A DNA stretch of 64,000 nt, from the NCBI GenBank assembly GCA_951406725.2, contig OX597817.1, forward strand, positions 173,910,001-173,974,000, read 5' to 3'. Shown here piece after piece: positions 12,401 to 64,000 of this stretch (the first letter of the stretch is position 1; each line of letters opens with the position of its first letter). This stretch comes from Octopus vulgaris. Its lineage: Eukaryota. The position numbers and the translations under genes are program-made. A model generated the notes under the pieces. It was not told where the DNA came from. It ran no database searches and saw only the letters and a list, made by a program, of their open reading frames with translations.

Positions 12401-15400
12401 CACATGGTCTGACCTAAGAGGGGACCTACCAAAATGAAAGTAAGCCTTATAGAATGCATTTTCATGCCTTCAAATATAGTAAATAAAGCAAGATAGTTGC
12501 AATTTTAAATTCCCCACTACAAAAAAAAAAAAAAAAAACCTATGTATGTCATACTGTCTTGCAGTGACTTAGATCTTAGCTGTGTCTAATACATTTGGCA
12601 CATTGCTCAGTGAAATTGTGGTTGAAGCACATTAGTTGGGCTGAGTGTATTCTGAGAACAAACCAATTCTATGTCCATTTTTAAAATAGATATTGAATCG
12701 AAGACTGATAATCGGTTTTGATCATGAAACTAAATGTTCACTTCTCAAGATGTCCAGTATTGAGTGGCTTTACTGTATTTAGAAGTTGGAATCTTTTGTT
12801 TTTTGGGAACATTGTTATAAAATGAATGTAATTAAAGCTTTTGAGTGGGTGGTGGGAAGGTTATTGCTTTATGAGTTGAGATGTACTCAATGTTGCTTGT
12901 CACAGGTAATTGTTTATTTTTGGTTGCATAACTTGAAGTTTTTTTTCTGATTTGTTTTCAGGTGTGTGAAGTATATAAGTTACATCGAGAGACCTACTAT
13001 TTATCACTCGATTTTATAGATCGTTATTTGTCAAAAGAAAAGTGTGTGATTAAACATCAACTTCAACTTATAGGAATCACTTCACTGTTTATTGCAGCCA
13101 AGTTAGAGGTGAGTTTTCTAAATTATTTTTTAAAATTTACAAAATTACACATCTCAGTTGGAGAGTTAGCTGTTAATTCTTCAAGTTACTCAATCCCATG
13201 TTAACAACCCACCTAGTACCATCTTTATTAAAGTTTATATAGCTCTGTGTATATATATATATATATATATACATACATACTTTGGGTATGGTAGATGAGT
13301 TCAGCAAAAATTCAGATGAATATGGTACTTAGGTTGAGGCACCAGAATTTAGTATGGTATTATCCATACAATTTCAAAGTAAGGTGATTAAAATTAAAAT
13401 AAGCAACAAGGGTATCCAAAGGTAATTGCTTGTTTATTTTGATTTTATATATGTTTACGTCTCCGTAACTTAGCGGTTCAGCAAAAGACACCGATAGAAT
13501 AAGTACTAGGCTTCCAAAGAATAAGTCCTCGGGTCCATTTGCTCGATTAAAGGCGGTGCTCCAGCATGGCTGCAATCAAATTACTGAAACAAGAGTATAT
13601 ATAAAACTTGAGCTAAATTTCTTCAGTTATTATCTGGACAAAACTGGAAGATATTAGTCTAGTCTTATGAAGCTCTGAGCCATGATAGGATTAGATTAAT
13701 GTATGAGCTAAGTTTCTCAGAGCAAGGGGAAATTTTAGTTTCCTTTATTTTTTGTTAATAGTGAAAATGAAACAAAGGCTAGTAAAATTAAATATCGATT
13801 TTCCTAAATTGCCATTTCAGGAAATTTATCCTCCAAAACTTTCCGATTTTGCTTATGTCACTGATGGTGCTTGTTCTGATGCAGAAATCTTGAACCAAGA
13901 ACTAGTTATGCTAAAGGTAGGTTTGCTTTTTTAAACTCTTCAAATTCCATTCAACTTTTTTTTTCATTTTGTTACCTGTTGCATTGCCTTAATTTTGATT
14001 TTCATTATTCATTTCAGGTGCTGAGTTGGGACTTGTCTCCGATGACAGTGACTGCTTGGTTAAATGTCTACCTTCAACTTGTTAATGTTGATAAAATAGC
14101 TGAAGATGGTTTTGACTTCCCACAATATTCCTCAAATGTTTATATTCAAATAGCACGGGTAAGTTCTATATTACTGGGGAAATTCCTAATTTGGATACTT
14201 CACTTTGTATTTGCTTGCAAATTGTTGTAGCAATGTTTTGCTTATTATTCAGTGTAAAACTGATCTTTTATTTACATCTTAATCTTGTTTTTCTTTGCAG
14301 TTAATAGATTTGTGTATGTTAGACATTTCTTGTCTGCGCTTTACAAGCAGTGTGATAGCATCCTCAGCCTTGTATCATATGGCTTCCAAGTCTGTAGCAT
14401 TAGCAGTGTCAGGTAAATTTTACCCACTTTTTTAAATATTTTTTATTGGTTTTCACTTTTTGATCTTAGTAGTGGTAGAATAGGTTTCAATTTTACAGAT
14501 ATAAGATTCTTTGCTCCCAGAACCTTTGGGGAATGTTTTAATCTGTGTTCGACCTCTACCACCATTGATTTAACGCTCTTATTTTCCCTTCCTTTAATTT
14601 TTCTTTCTTGCATATTTCAGGATTATCCATGACCGATTTGCTTCCCTGTATACAATGGATGAACCCCTATGCTATTACACTTCGCGAGGCAGGTCCAGTA
14701 GAACTGAAGTTTTTTCCAATGGTGCATATTGATGATAGTCACAATGTTCAGACACATGCTGTTGATCTAGATTTGTTGGTAAGTTTTAATTGCAAGTTTT
14801 TGTTCTCTCTGATAATGTGGAGGTGCACCTAGTGTTATCCACTTGTGCTATACCCCTGAATTCAGCTGATTGTGTACCTGCAAGATACCCTATGCATTAT
14901 TCACATCAGCTGTTGCTTGCATCTTTCATCAGTTTCTAGTGAAAAAACTGCTGCTGGTTGTGTAATTAGTAAATTAATTAAAGTGCTAGGGATAATGATG
15001 TTGGAGCCTATTTTTCCATCACTGGGCTTTCAGTTTACTTTGAGTTGTACTGTGACCTTATTACATTAGGTGGGGCAGTGCTCAAAATTTATGCTGGTGT
15101 TCTTAGGCATTGGTGCAGGTTTGCTAAAGCAGTTTGGTGATTGAGCCTTATCACCACTGATTTAATGCTTTTTCCATATTTGCTCAGATCAGATGGAATT
15201 TGTTATAGCAGGTTCTCAACTGTTGGATGTCCTTCCTTTTTCTAGGCATAGTTCTATCTCCCCATGGCCAGGCATCTTGTGACAAATATATACATTCACA
15301 TGCATGTGTAATATATATCCTCCTGACCCGGCATGTTTTTAGTGGAAGATTGGATATTTCTTAGTGACCATCGTGGAAGTTCAAGACAGGGACACATACA

Positions 15401-15796
15401 AATGGGCTTCCTTTTAATTTCCATCTACTAAATCCATTCCCAAGGGTTTAGTCAGCATATTATTATAGCGGAAGCCACTTGCCATGATGTTGCAGTGACA
15501 TGTTTGTGAATTTTGCACATTTTTAAAATTATTTTTCCTTCTGAAGTTATCTGACACTTGGTTTGGTGTTCATTCATATATCTTTTTTTTGTTTGTTTCA
15601 GGAAAAGGCCCATTTAAAAGAAGCTGAACTGAAATCAACGATGCAATATGATACGGAGTCCTGTTCAGAAGCTGTATTGTTAACCCCTCCACAAAGTGAT
15701 AAGAAAGAAGTGTCGACTGATGCGCTAATGTCATTATTGTCCACTCCTGACAGATCCTCATCAGAAGTCACATCAACATCATCATCATCTCCTTGA
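9018..15796 (+). CDS. CCNE1: G1/S-specific cyclin E, 438 aa; coding exons 9018-9031, 9140-9206, 9350-9403, 11021-11353, 12962-13108, 13821-13916, 14018-14158, 14301-14412, 14621-14778, 15602-15796
   Basis: Cyclin box [57 protein letters not shown], and C-terminal LLTPPQS. All introns GT-AG and phase-consistent; 1317 nt total. The symbol stands for the invertebrate cyclin E (CCNE1/CCNE2 co-orthologue). Confidence 0.96.
11021..11353 (+). CDS. CCNE1: Cyclin E coding exon 4
   Basis: tttcag|NQWL...[10 protein letters not shown]...[11 protein letters not shown]|gtgagt. Confidence 0.96.
12962..13108 (+). CDS. CCNE1: Cyclin E coding exon 5
   Basis: [23 protein letters not shown]...FIAAKLE|gtgagt. 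Confidence 0.96.
13821..14778 (+). CDS. CCNE1: Cyclin E coding exons 6-9 (13821-13916, 14018-14158, 14301-14412, 14621-14778)
   Basis: EIYPPKL...; [10 protein letters not shown]...; [26 protein letters not shown]...; ...[13 protein letters not shown]. Confidence 0.95.
15602..15796 (+). CDS. CCNE1: Cyclin E last coding exon
   Basis: EKAHLKE...[10 protein letters not shown]...stop TGA at 15794-15796. Confidence 0.93.
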   Translation, partial: EKAHLKEAELKSTMQYDTESCSEAVLLTPPQSDKKEVSTDALMSLLSTPDRSSSEVTSTSSSSP

Positions 15797-17010
15797 TCAC
15801 ATAGGGCAGTCACCTGACTACACATTACATGTTACCTTTCTCTTTAATTTGGCGGTGCACTGCTACTGAAGACCTGGCTGAGGCTATTGCAGATAATCCT
15901 TGGATTATATACAGCAGTTCTAAACCTGACAGTGTGCTAGCACCTTGGCCTGTCCTTCACTCGTCCTGTCTTGGATCATTAGTACTATTCCCTGTTAACA
16001 TACCTGATGCATTGCAAACATGTGACGGATTTTTAAAAAATATTTTTTTTATACTCCTGATGGAATGAATAGCCTCATATTTATTTCCTCTGGACAATTC
16101 AAAAGTCTTTGTCCTTCCCCGTACCAAATTTATAGTTTTTGCTGATTTCCATCTTAAAGAGAACCCAATGCATGAATGTTAACCCCCCCTCCACTTCCAC
16201 CCCACTCTTTCTGTGACCAAAAAAGGGACAGCTGAACATTTGAGAATTATTTCTACCTACATCACAAGTTTGTGGTTCATTATATGAAATTTAGTTGGAT
16301 ACATTTGCACATTGCAGACATGGCAATGTCAGGTGAATTCCATCCTTTTTGTAAATATGTTTGTACATACTTCAGTTACCTGGATGGCTTTGACATTCAG
16401 GTAATGACTGTAAATAGGGTTATTTTCAAAGCATCACATTATTTAAAACAACAAAAAAAAGTCTATTGAAAAAACAAACAAAAATAAAACCTAGTATTTT
16501 GCCTGCTCTTTACTGCCATTATTCTCTGAATATATCAGTAACTCCTATGTGCAAAGCAGCCTGGTGTTGGCTGATGCCCTCCTGAGGACTTTAAAATAGC
16601 AAGTGCTGTGAGGGGTGGGTGGGTGGGTAGATAAGTGTATAAAGTGAGATGCACTGTAAATAAAATATTTAAATTAAAAAAAAAGACAAGAAAAAAAAAC
16701 TTAGGTGGCTGGTTATAAAACTGAGCAACTCTTATTTAACGAATGCTGAACATTAAACATTTAACTCGAGGAGTTAACAGTTGTCTTTCATTGTATGTTA
16801 TTACCCGCGTTCAAAGCGGGAGTAATTTGGTTGTGAAGCTAGACCTACCGCCCCCTTTTATTTTAACTTTTTTTTTTTAATGTAGAGTATATTAAAGAAA
16901 AGTTCTTTCTTCCAAATTGTACTCCTGAACAGAACATAAGTTAATTGCAGACTTAATGTGCTATTTGGTTATACCTTTTTAATAATAAAAATCATGAAAC
17001 AATGTGTTTT
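15797..17010 (+). promoter_or_regulatory. Cyclin E 3' UTR with Pumilio elements, CPE-like motifs and poly(A) signal
   Basis: TGTANATA at 16350, 16362, 16409 and 16655. TTTTTAAT-AATAAA at 16976-16989 followed by a GU/U-rich tract. Confidence 0.55.
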
Positions 17011-17054
17011 TGTAAATTTTTTTTTTATTAAATACAATTTATTAGTTGGGATTT

Positions 17055-56775
<39,721 letters not shown>

Positions 56776-58399
56776 GTCTTGGCAGTAAATCTGAGTTAAC
56801 TGCAAATGAGAAAATATAACACACATATGAACATAAGAATAAAGAGGATATATAAATGCAAAAATAACTTTACCTAAATACAATAATACAGTAATAATGA
56901 CACACCCGTGCCAGTGACACATAGAAGACACCAACTACACTCTTGGAGTGGTTGGCATTAAGAAGGGCATCCAGCCATAGAAACCATGTCAAATCAGACT
57001 GGAACTTGGTATAGCTCTCTGGCTTACCAGTTCCAGTCAAACTGTCTAACCCATGCCAACATTGAAAGCAGACACTAAATGATGATGATGATGGTACATA
57101 TATCATCCTCATTTAACATCCATCCTCTATGCTTGTGTGGGTTGGATGTTGGATGTTTTGACAGGTTCTAATTAGCTGGAGGACTGCATCATGCTTAAAT
57201 GTTTACTTTGGCATAGTTTCTATGGATGGATGACCTTCCTAATGCAAACCAATGTACAGAGTGCACGGGATGCTTTTTTTTTATGATACCATCAGCACTA
57301 GTGACATCAAAGCAACTTGCAAGAAGCACCCTCAACTGAACGAGGTTGTAGTAGATCAAGTTATAAATAGTAGTGTGTAGAATATAGGGTTAAGAATAAA
57401 CCCTTGGACAAAAAAATTTGAAGGACTGCTTTGGTATGTTGGTAAAAGGATTGTCAGCAATTTTGAAAGAGGATTAGTGTAAATTTTGAATATATCTATG
57501 CATAATTTGATGTACATTAATAAAGATAAGTTTAATACATTAAATTAACATGTAGCATCTTCATTAATGCTGCCACTGAATTTAGGACATTTATATTACT
57601 TAAGAGATATTCTATATTTTTCAGCTGGAGTGTAGTTAGGACTCAACTAGCAATATATGTTTTATATTGAAAATAAAATTTCCATTCAAATGGTAATTAC
57701 TGGACAGCTTTCTGTTTGAGTCTAACCATTTAAGTCATAGTGGAAACACGACCTATGTCACAAATAAACATATGAATATCGTATAAATTTTATAATTGAA
57801 AAATTAACTATATTTTGTGCATATAAACATACCAGCAGGGGTTTTCCCACTCTGGTATATAAGTATGTATATATAACTATTTTCAAGTTATACAAGGCAG
57901 TTAAACTTATGTACATTTATCATTAGTATTCGACTAACTGAAAAACAATCAATTAGTGGTTTCCAAGAAATATAGATATTGTGAAAGTATACTATCAAAA
58001 TATCTCAGCAATTCCACGAAATTCTGACATAGTGAAAGTACCTTAGTTATTTGATGTTGTGACACGACAAGAGTTGCCAGACGAATGCAATGAGTGTAGG
58101 GGGTAGGAGGTGAAGGAAGAGAGGAAGCAAGGAAAGGGTGGGGGAGACAGGAGGTAGGAGTGAGGAAAGCAAGGTGGAAACACTTACAATAAGATCAGTA
58201 GATAATATAATTGAAAAATATATCAGGATTTAACTGAATAACCAAAATAAAACAAACCACTATTTTTAATTTCACATTTATGCATAGAAGGCTTCAATGC
58301 AGTTGAATAGGAGACTTGAAGGGAAATAGCAATTCTTATAATCAGGATTTTGTTATGAGCCAATTGAAACACCCACTTAGTGACTGCTGCTGCTGGTAA

Positions 58400-59200
58400 T
58401 TATAATTTCTAAATTAGCAACAAGGCCAGAAATTTGAGAAGTTAGTTGATAAATCATCTCAAGTAGTTGACTGGTACTTTATCAAAATAATGAATGATGA
58501 AAGGTAAAGTTGACCTTTATAGCATTTGAACTCAGAATGGAAAGATCCATTAGTAAATGGCACAAGGCATTCTGTCTGACACTTATAAGATTTTGCCATC
58601 TACCACCATAAATAATTATAATAATCCTCTCTACTCTAGGCACAAAGCCTGATATTTTGGGGGAGGGTAGAAGTCAATTACATTGACCCCAGTGTGTAAC
58701 TGGTACTTATTTTATCGACCCTGAAAGAATGAAAGTTAAAGTCAATCTGAGCGGAATTTGAACACAGAATGTAAGGACGGACAAAATACCGCTAAGCATT
58801 TCAACCAGTGTGCTAGCAATTCTGCCAGCTTGCTACCTTGATTTTAAATTCTTGCACAAGGCCAGCAATTTCGAGGGAAAGAGTAAGTACATTAACCCCA
58901 GTGATTAACTAATAGTTATTTTATCAACCCCTAATGATGAAAAGTCGACTTTGATGGAATCTGAACTCAGAATGTAAAGATAGATGAAATACCACTAAGC
59001 AGTTTACCTGGTACAATCCTTTCTGCTATAGGCACAAGGCCTGGAATTTTGTGGAAGGGAGCTTGTCAATTACATCAACCCCAAAAAGACAAAAGGCAAA
59101 GTTGACCTCAGCAAAATTTAAACTCAAAACATAAAAACAAATGAAATGCCACAAAGCATTTTGGCTGGCATGTTAAATTCTGTCAGCTCACCACCTTAGC
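58400..59200 (-). mobile_element. Head-to-tail cluster of ~4 MetaSINE-like copies
   Basis: Repeated CACAAGGCC...TTTGAACTCAGAA...CTGCCAGCT units about 200 bp apart. Confidence 0.7.
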
Positions 59201-61899
59201 AATCAGATTTTCTTTTTTAGCTAATAAGAGGGGAATCTTCTGAGTACTGTTCATAGAAACACCAACTAAACCATAGTTGCCCTGATCACTAGGACAAGTG
59301 ATCTTGACTCACCCTCCTCTCTTAATATATAGGTGCATGCTTAAAGTAGGCCTGTTCACTAGGCCCATCACTGTCTGTCAAATTCACTCATCTTGCAACA
59401 AATTTGCTAGAAGGCAGCACTTCCATCACCATTATCACTTTCCTTTCCTTGGCCATAGAGAAAGCTTTCTGTCATCAGACCTTTCAATCTGGTCCACCAC
59501 ATAACCTCTTTCACTCAAGCCAGCAAGACAAACTTCACAAACTTCAGCTGGATCTATTCCTAGATGCAACAGCAGCTATTTGACATAAACCCAGGAGTTT
59601 TGATTAAACTGCAATCTGGATCAAGCCTATGCTTGATCCTGATTGTAGCTTAATTAAAAATACAAACTGTAGAAATGCAAGTTTGATTCACAGCAACCAC
59701 AGCTGTTCACTGTCAAGGAAATACTCATGGCTACAACACATGTCTGGGACGTCATCAGCCATAGCATGCTTAGTCTTCCACTTAGTGGATATTGACAAAA
59801 TATGAAGCAACTGACAAGTGAAACAATTCCTTTCCACAGAAAATGGGAGAGTGGGCACTCCAGTTGCATTTCACAATACTTTTTGTATTTTTTATATCTT
59901 CCAAGCTGATAAAAATTTCTTCACTCATGTGGAGTGGCATGGTTGGTAAAACAACTAACACTAGTGATTATTATTATTCAAGTCACTGCCTGAAATCGAA
60001 CACGGAATTTTGAGGTTAGTAGCCCACGTTCTTAACCACTACACCATATGCAAGATTTGTTTCATTTTTTGTGTTGACATTGTATTGGTGGCAATGGAGG
60101 TGGTGATGACAGGTGTGTTGATTACAAAATAGATTTTATGTTTTTGTTCTCTGGTCTCATTTCTGTTATTTCCATTTATCTTGTCATTGTTCTTGTTAGT
60201 TTTACTCATCGTGTGAGGTGTGGTGGTAGCGTTGCTTTCATGTGCTGTTCCATTTATGTTTTTGCTGTTGTTATTTATAGATCACATGCAAACTGTAGTG
60301 AAGGGAAACTATTTTCACAATGGTTGTTCCAAGAGCCACCTCCTACCTCAATTAGGGAAGCTGTATTGTTTTTGTTTATTCTTTCTTTTGTTTTAAAAAT
60401 ATATAATTTAAAATTCCGAAATTCACACCCAACAGGGGAAGTATTTCACAAAGCCAACTAGCCTCAGATGGTGTTGGCTAACCTATTAACAAAATGATAA
60501 AACAAAAAATGCAAATTACTTTCTTTAGACCAACAAAATCCAACACTATCCCAGGAGCTTCGAACAAACACCTTTCCCTTGCAATAATAATAATCCTTTC
60601 TACTATAGGTACAAGCCCTGAACTTTTAGGGGAGGGGGCTAGTTGAATACATCGACTCCAGTACTCATACTCAACTAGTACTTATTTTATCGACCCTGAA
60701 TGAATGAAAGGCAAGGTCGACACCGGCGGAATTTGAACTCAGAACATAAAGACAGACGAAATACCGCTAAGCATCTAGATGACGGAAATTCCGGATATGT
60801 AAGAAACAACGTTTTGAAACATTTAAATTCAATAAGCATATAGATAGGTGTATAAAGAGATAGATAGATATGTCTTCCTGGGGCAAAAAACAACAGTAAC
60901 ACCGTCTTGTATAGGACCGTCAGAGTTAGTTGACATATATTTTATGAATAAACGGATAGGGATAAATAGACAGACAAATAAATAAATGGATGAAATGTTC
61001 AAAACATAAAATTGAGGAGGGGTGAAATTTGAGTCCCTTATTAAACTTTATAACATTATTAAATATTGTTTGTTTCTCATAAAACGGTGTATATTTAATA
61101 TACATTATATTATTTATGATTATTTAAGGCAAGCAAAAGTAAAACGCAAATTCTTTTAACTTTAATGTTTTTGTCTGTATTTAATTCTGATTTGCCTATG
61201 TTCGTCAATTCGTTATGGTCTCTTTAAAGTAAACAAAATCAAAAATTTGAATGGGGTGGGAAGAGAAATTAATTTTTTTTTTTTTTGCATATTCGTAATC
61301 TCCGACATCTAAAACATAGGAAACAGAAAAAAGTTTTTCAAAAAAATGTATTTTTCAAAGAGAGGTGCGAAACCGCGTTAGCCCTGCATCTAGCCTGGCG
61401 TCCTAACGATTCTGCCAGAACATTGCCCTAAAAAAGAAAATAAATAAATAGAAAAAGCTTCCCTTTCAAAAGTCCCAAGTTACTCAGGTGGTTGAAAAGA
61501 ACTGAGAATGTATATCATATGATACATTACTGGCAGGGAAAAAGGTCCCGTGTATCACATGTAAAAGAACGGCAAGGCAAAGGGTTAAACAACAGATAAT
61601 GAATAGAGGAAATGAAATTCAACGGAGCGTAAAATAAATCAGTACTTTTGACAACAATAACAATTCCGACACTACGTAACCAACTTCTTTCATCCTGGAA
61701 CAGAATTAGTTTAGATAAACAGATGGAACTTGTTTTAACGTTTTCAAAAAAATATCATTTCGAAATTATCGGTGAAAAAAAATTCCTTAAAAAAATCCCA
61801 AAAGCATGTTTTAGAAAAAGTTTTTCTTTGGTACACAAATTTATAAAAATTCCACCCAAAAGTAATATGTATCGATACTGAAACTATTTACAAAATATA

Positions 61900-62286
61900 T
61901 CTTTAGAACATTGAAAATGAGCAACATACCCAAAAATGAGTTCTTGAATTGAATTAGCTAAAAAAGCATCGCCAACTTCCTTAAGAAACATCTTTTTTAA
62001 TCCAGAAAAACATTGAAAGCACATGTCAATTGATTTTATGCCATTAGAGTTACCCACCTTGTTTCCCCCTTTGAAAAAATGCCCGATACCTAATAAAATT
62101 CAGTAAGAAAATCTAACGTAATTATAGGAAAAAATTATCTTAAGGATTAATTTTGTAACTCAAGAAATTTCATAAAATAGATTTTTATCAATATTTTGTA
62201 AATTTCGTCACAATTTGATGAATAGAAATATTTGACCGGCTACTTATTTCCGGTGTTAGTTTCATCATTTAGAAGCAAAAGGGAAA
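61900..62286. promoter_or_regulatory. Putative bidirectional promoter (URI1 5' non-coding exon on -, neighbour gene on +)
   Basis: TE-free and CpG-retaining. Minus-strand donor candidates at 61929 (GG|GTATGT) and 62089; ETS-like TTCCGG near 62250; YY1-like AAAATGG at the + start codon. Confidence 0.45.
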
Positions 62287-62369
62287 ATGGCATCGTCTTT
62301 AAAGCTGGCGGCTTCCCTCAGAACGGTTCTTTGGAATTCCACTGCAAACTCAGTTACTCACATATCGAG
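62287..62369 (+). CDS. Probable first coding exon of a neighbouring gene, mitochondrial presequence-like; GC donor
   Basis: AAAATGG start context; MASSLKLAASLRTVLWNSTANSVTHIS(R) has no acidic residues; AG|GCAAGT donor. Confidence 0.5.
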
Positions 62370-63729
62370 GCAAGTTGATTTTTAAAAAAATTATATCGTC
62401 GAAGAGTTACTTTTATTTATACGATCTTTTAATCGTTTGGTATTTCTATCTTTGAATATAAATACAATGTGTATGGGTTCTGTATTGACCTCTAACGTAA
62501 ATTCGAAGTCATTGGTGCCAACAGCTGAGTATTCTATCGATGTGTGTAGACCGTTATGCACGGATGTTGGTTTAAGCAAGTGTGTGTCTGTTGAATTTTC
62601 TCTAAAGTTTTTGTTGCTACTAAAAAAATTAAAATTGTTCGAAATTAAAGGTTAATTTTTAGCGGAATATCTACAGAAGTTTGCCTATCGAATTTGTTTC
62701 CTCATAACTTTTTTTTAATGCATACTTTTGAAGAAATTTTTCCAGAAATACGTCTAAGACGGTGTAGATTATGGTAATATGGGGACAAGTTTGAGGGGAA
62801 AAGATTTTTTATAGTGTCATTCACCACCAACATCAAATTATGTTGTTTGTCGTTGGACTCTTGCCATGCTGGGGCACCGCCTTGGAGGAATTTTAGTCGA
62901 TTCCAGTATTTTTAAAGCATAGTAGTTATTCTATCGCTCGCCGTTTGTCGAAACACTAAGTTCCTGGACGTAAACAAATGAATACCGGTTGTCAAGTGGT
63001 GCTCTCTCTCTCTCACTCAGAGTTTTGTCTGTAAACTGCTGGGAATAGCATCACTTTGGGTATGCGTTATCACACTGAGTGAAATGGTGAGAGAATCTAA
63101 TGAAGAACTTAATTAAACACTCACCTGAAGAGGCGCATTTTACACCTTGAATGGAAGTTAATGATTACACACCTTTGTACTAATGATGTAAGAACGTGTT
63201 GAAACAGTTGCAGTTATCTTTAAAATAAACAATGTTTATTCTATCGTTTATCTATTAATCTATGAAATTCCCGATATATGTCCTATAGCAAGAGTGTTTC
63301 CACTGTATCATGACATCAGGTAACCAACAACTGTGGACGAGCCTTGCATTGCATTCTACAGCGTTTTTACTCAAATTTTACTTTAAAATATATATATATA
63401 TATATCACAAATGAGACCTTGAATTTTGAAACAACAGAATACTGCTCCTTCATTGTACTATGCATTTACAAATAATCAAGACTGCATCTCCCTAAAAGTC
63501 ATCCAATGAATAATCACATTAGGTTTTCACTTGGCCTTCATTTCTCAGATCTGCTTAGCATCTCATCTAATTATTGTAACATCTCACTTCATGCTTGCTC
63601 TGTTGATGGAAAGTCAAATGCTCCAGTATACCATATTTACATGCTCCACATTCAGTAAATCCTTGTCTTCCGAACAGATTTCTTGCTCAAGTTAGAAATT
63701 ATTAAGTCTAATATACAAAATATTTATTG

Positions 63730-64000
63730 ACTGTGTAGTGGTAAAAAGTTTGCTTCATAACCACATGGTTCCAGGTTCAGTCCCACTGCATGACACCTTA
63801 GCCAAGTGACTTCTACTATGGTCTCAGGTTGACCAAAGCCTTATGAGTGGATTTGGTAGATGGAAACTGAAAAAAAGTGTGTCTTTGTGTTTGTCTCCTT
63901 CCACTGTTTGAGAACTGGTGTTGGTGTATTTATGTCCCCATAACTTAGCACTTCAGCAAAAGAGACTGATAGAATAAGTACCAGTCTTAAAAGGAAATAA
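63730..64000 (+). mobile_element. SINE type A (runs off the window end)
   Basis: GGTTCAGTCCCACTG head; GATAGAATAAGTACC tail portion. Confidence 0.75.

Overview
Eukaryotic, AT-rich, microsatellite-dense DNA. The repeat landscape resembles a cephalopod (Octopus-like) genome; that assignment is inference. Two complete spliced genes were rebuilt by hand with phase-consistent GT-AG junctions. Cyclin E lies on + (10 coding exons, 9018-15796, 438 aa) and URI1 on - (9 coding exons, 56775-17055, 398 aa). They are tail-to-tail with almost abutting poly(A) signals. A probable first exon of a third gene (+, 62287-62369, GC donor, mitochondrial-presequence-like) sits head-to-head with URI1. The rest is mostly mobile DNA: many copies of one young RTE-clade LINE, tRNA-derived SINEs, mariner and Helitron relics, a long-TIR MITE, and a Penelope-like fragment with a minimal hammerhead ribozyme. 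The most unusual system is the RTE family. It has a C4HC3 PHD finger inserted inside the reverse transcriptase, appears to insert preferentially into (TA)n-type microsatellites, and has a 3' UTR built from a hairpin module that expands at 26, 61/62, 123 and 159 bp periods. No CRISPR, rRNA or true tRNA genes were supported.
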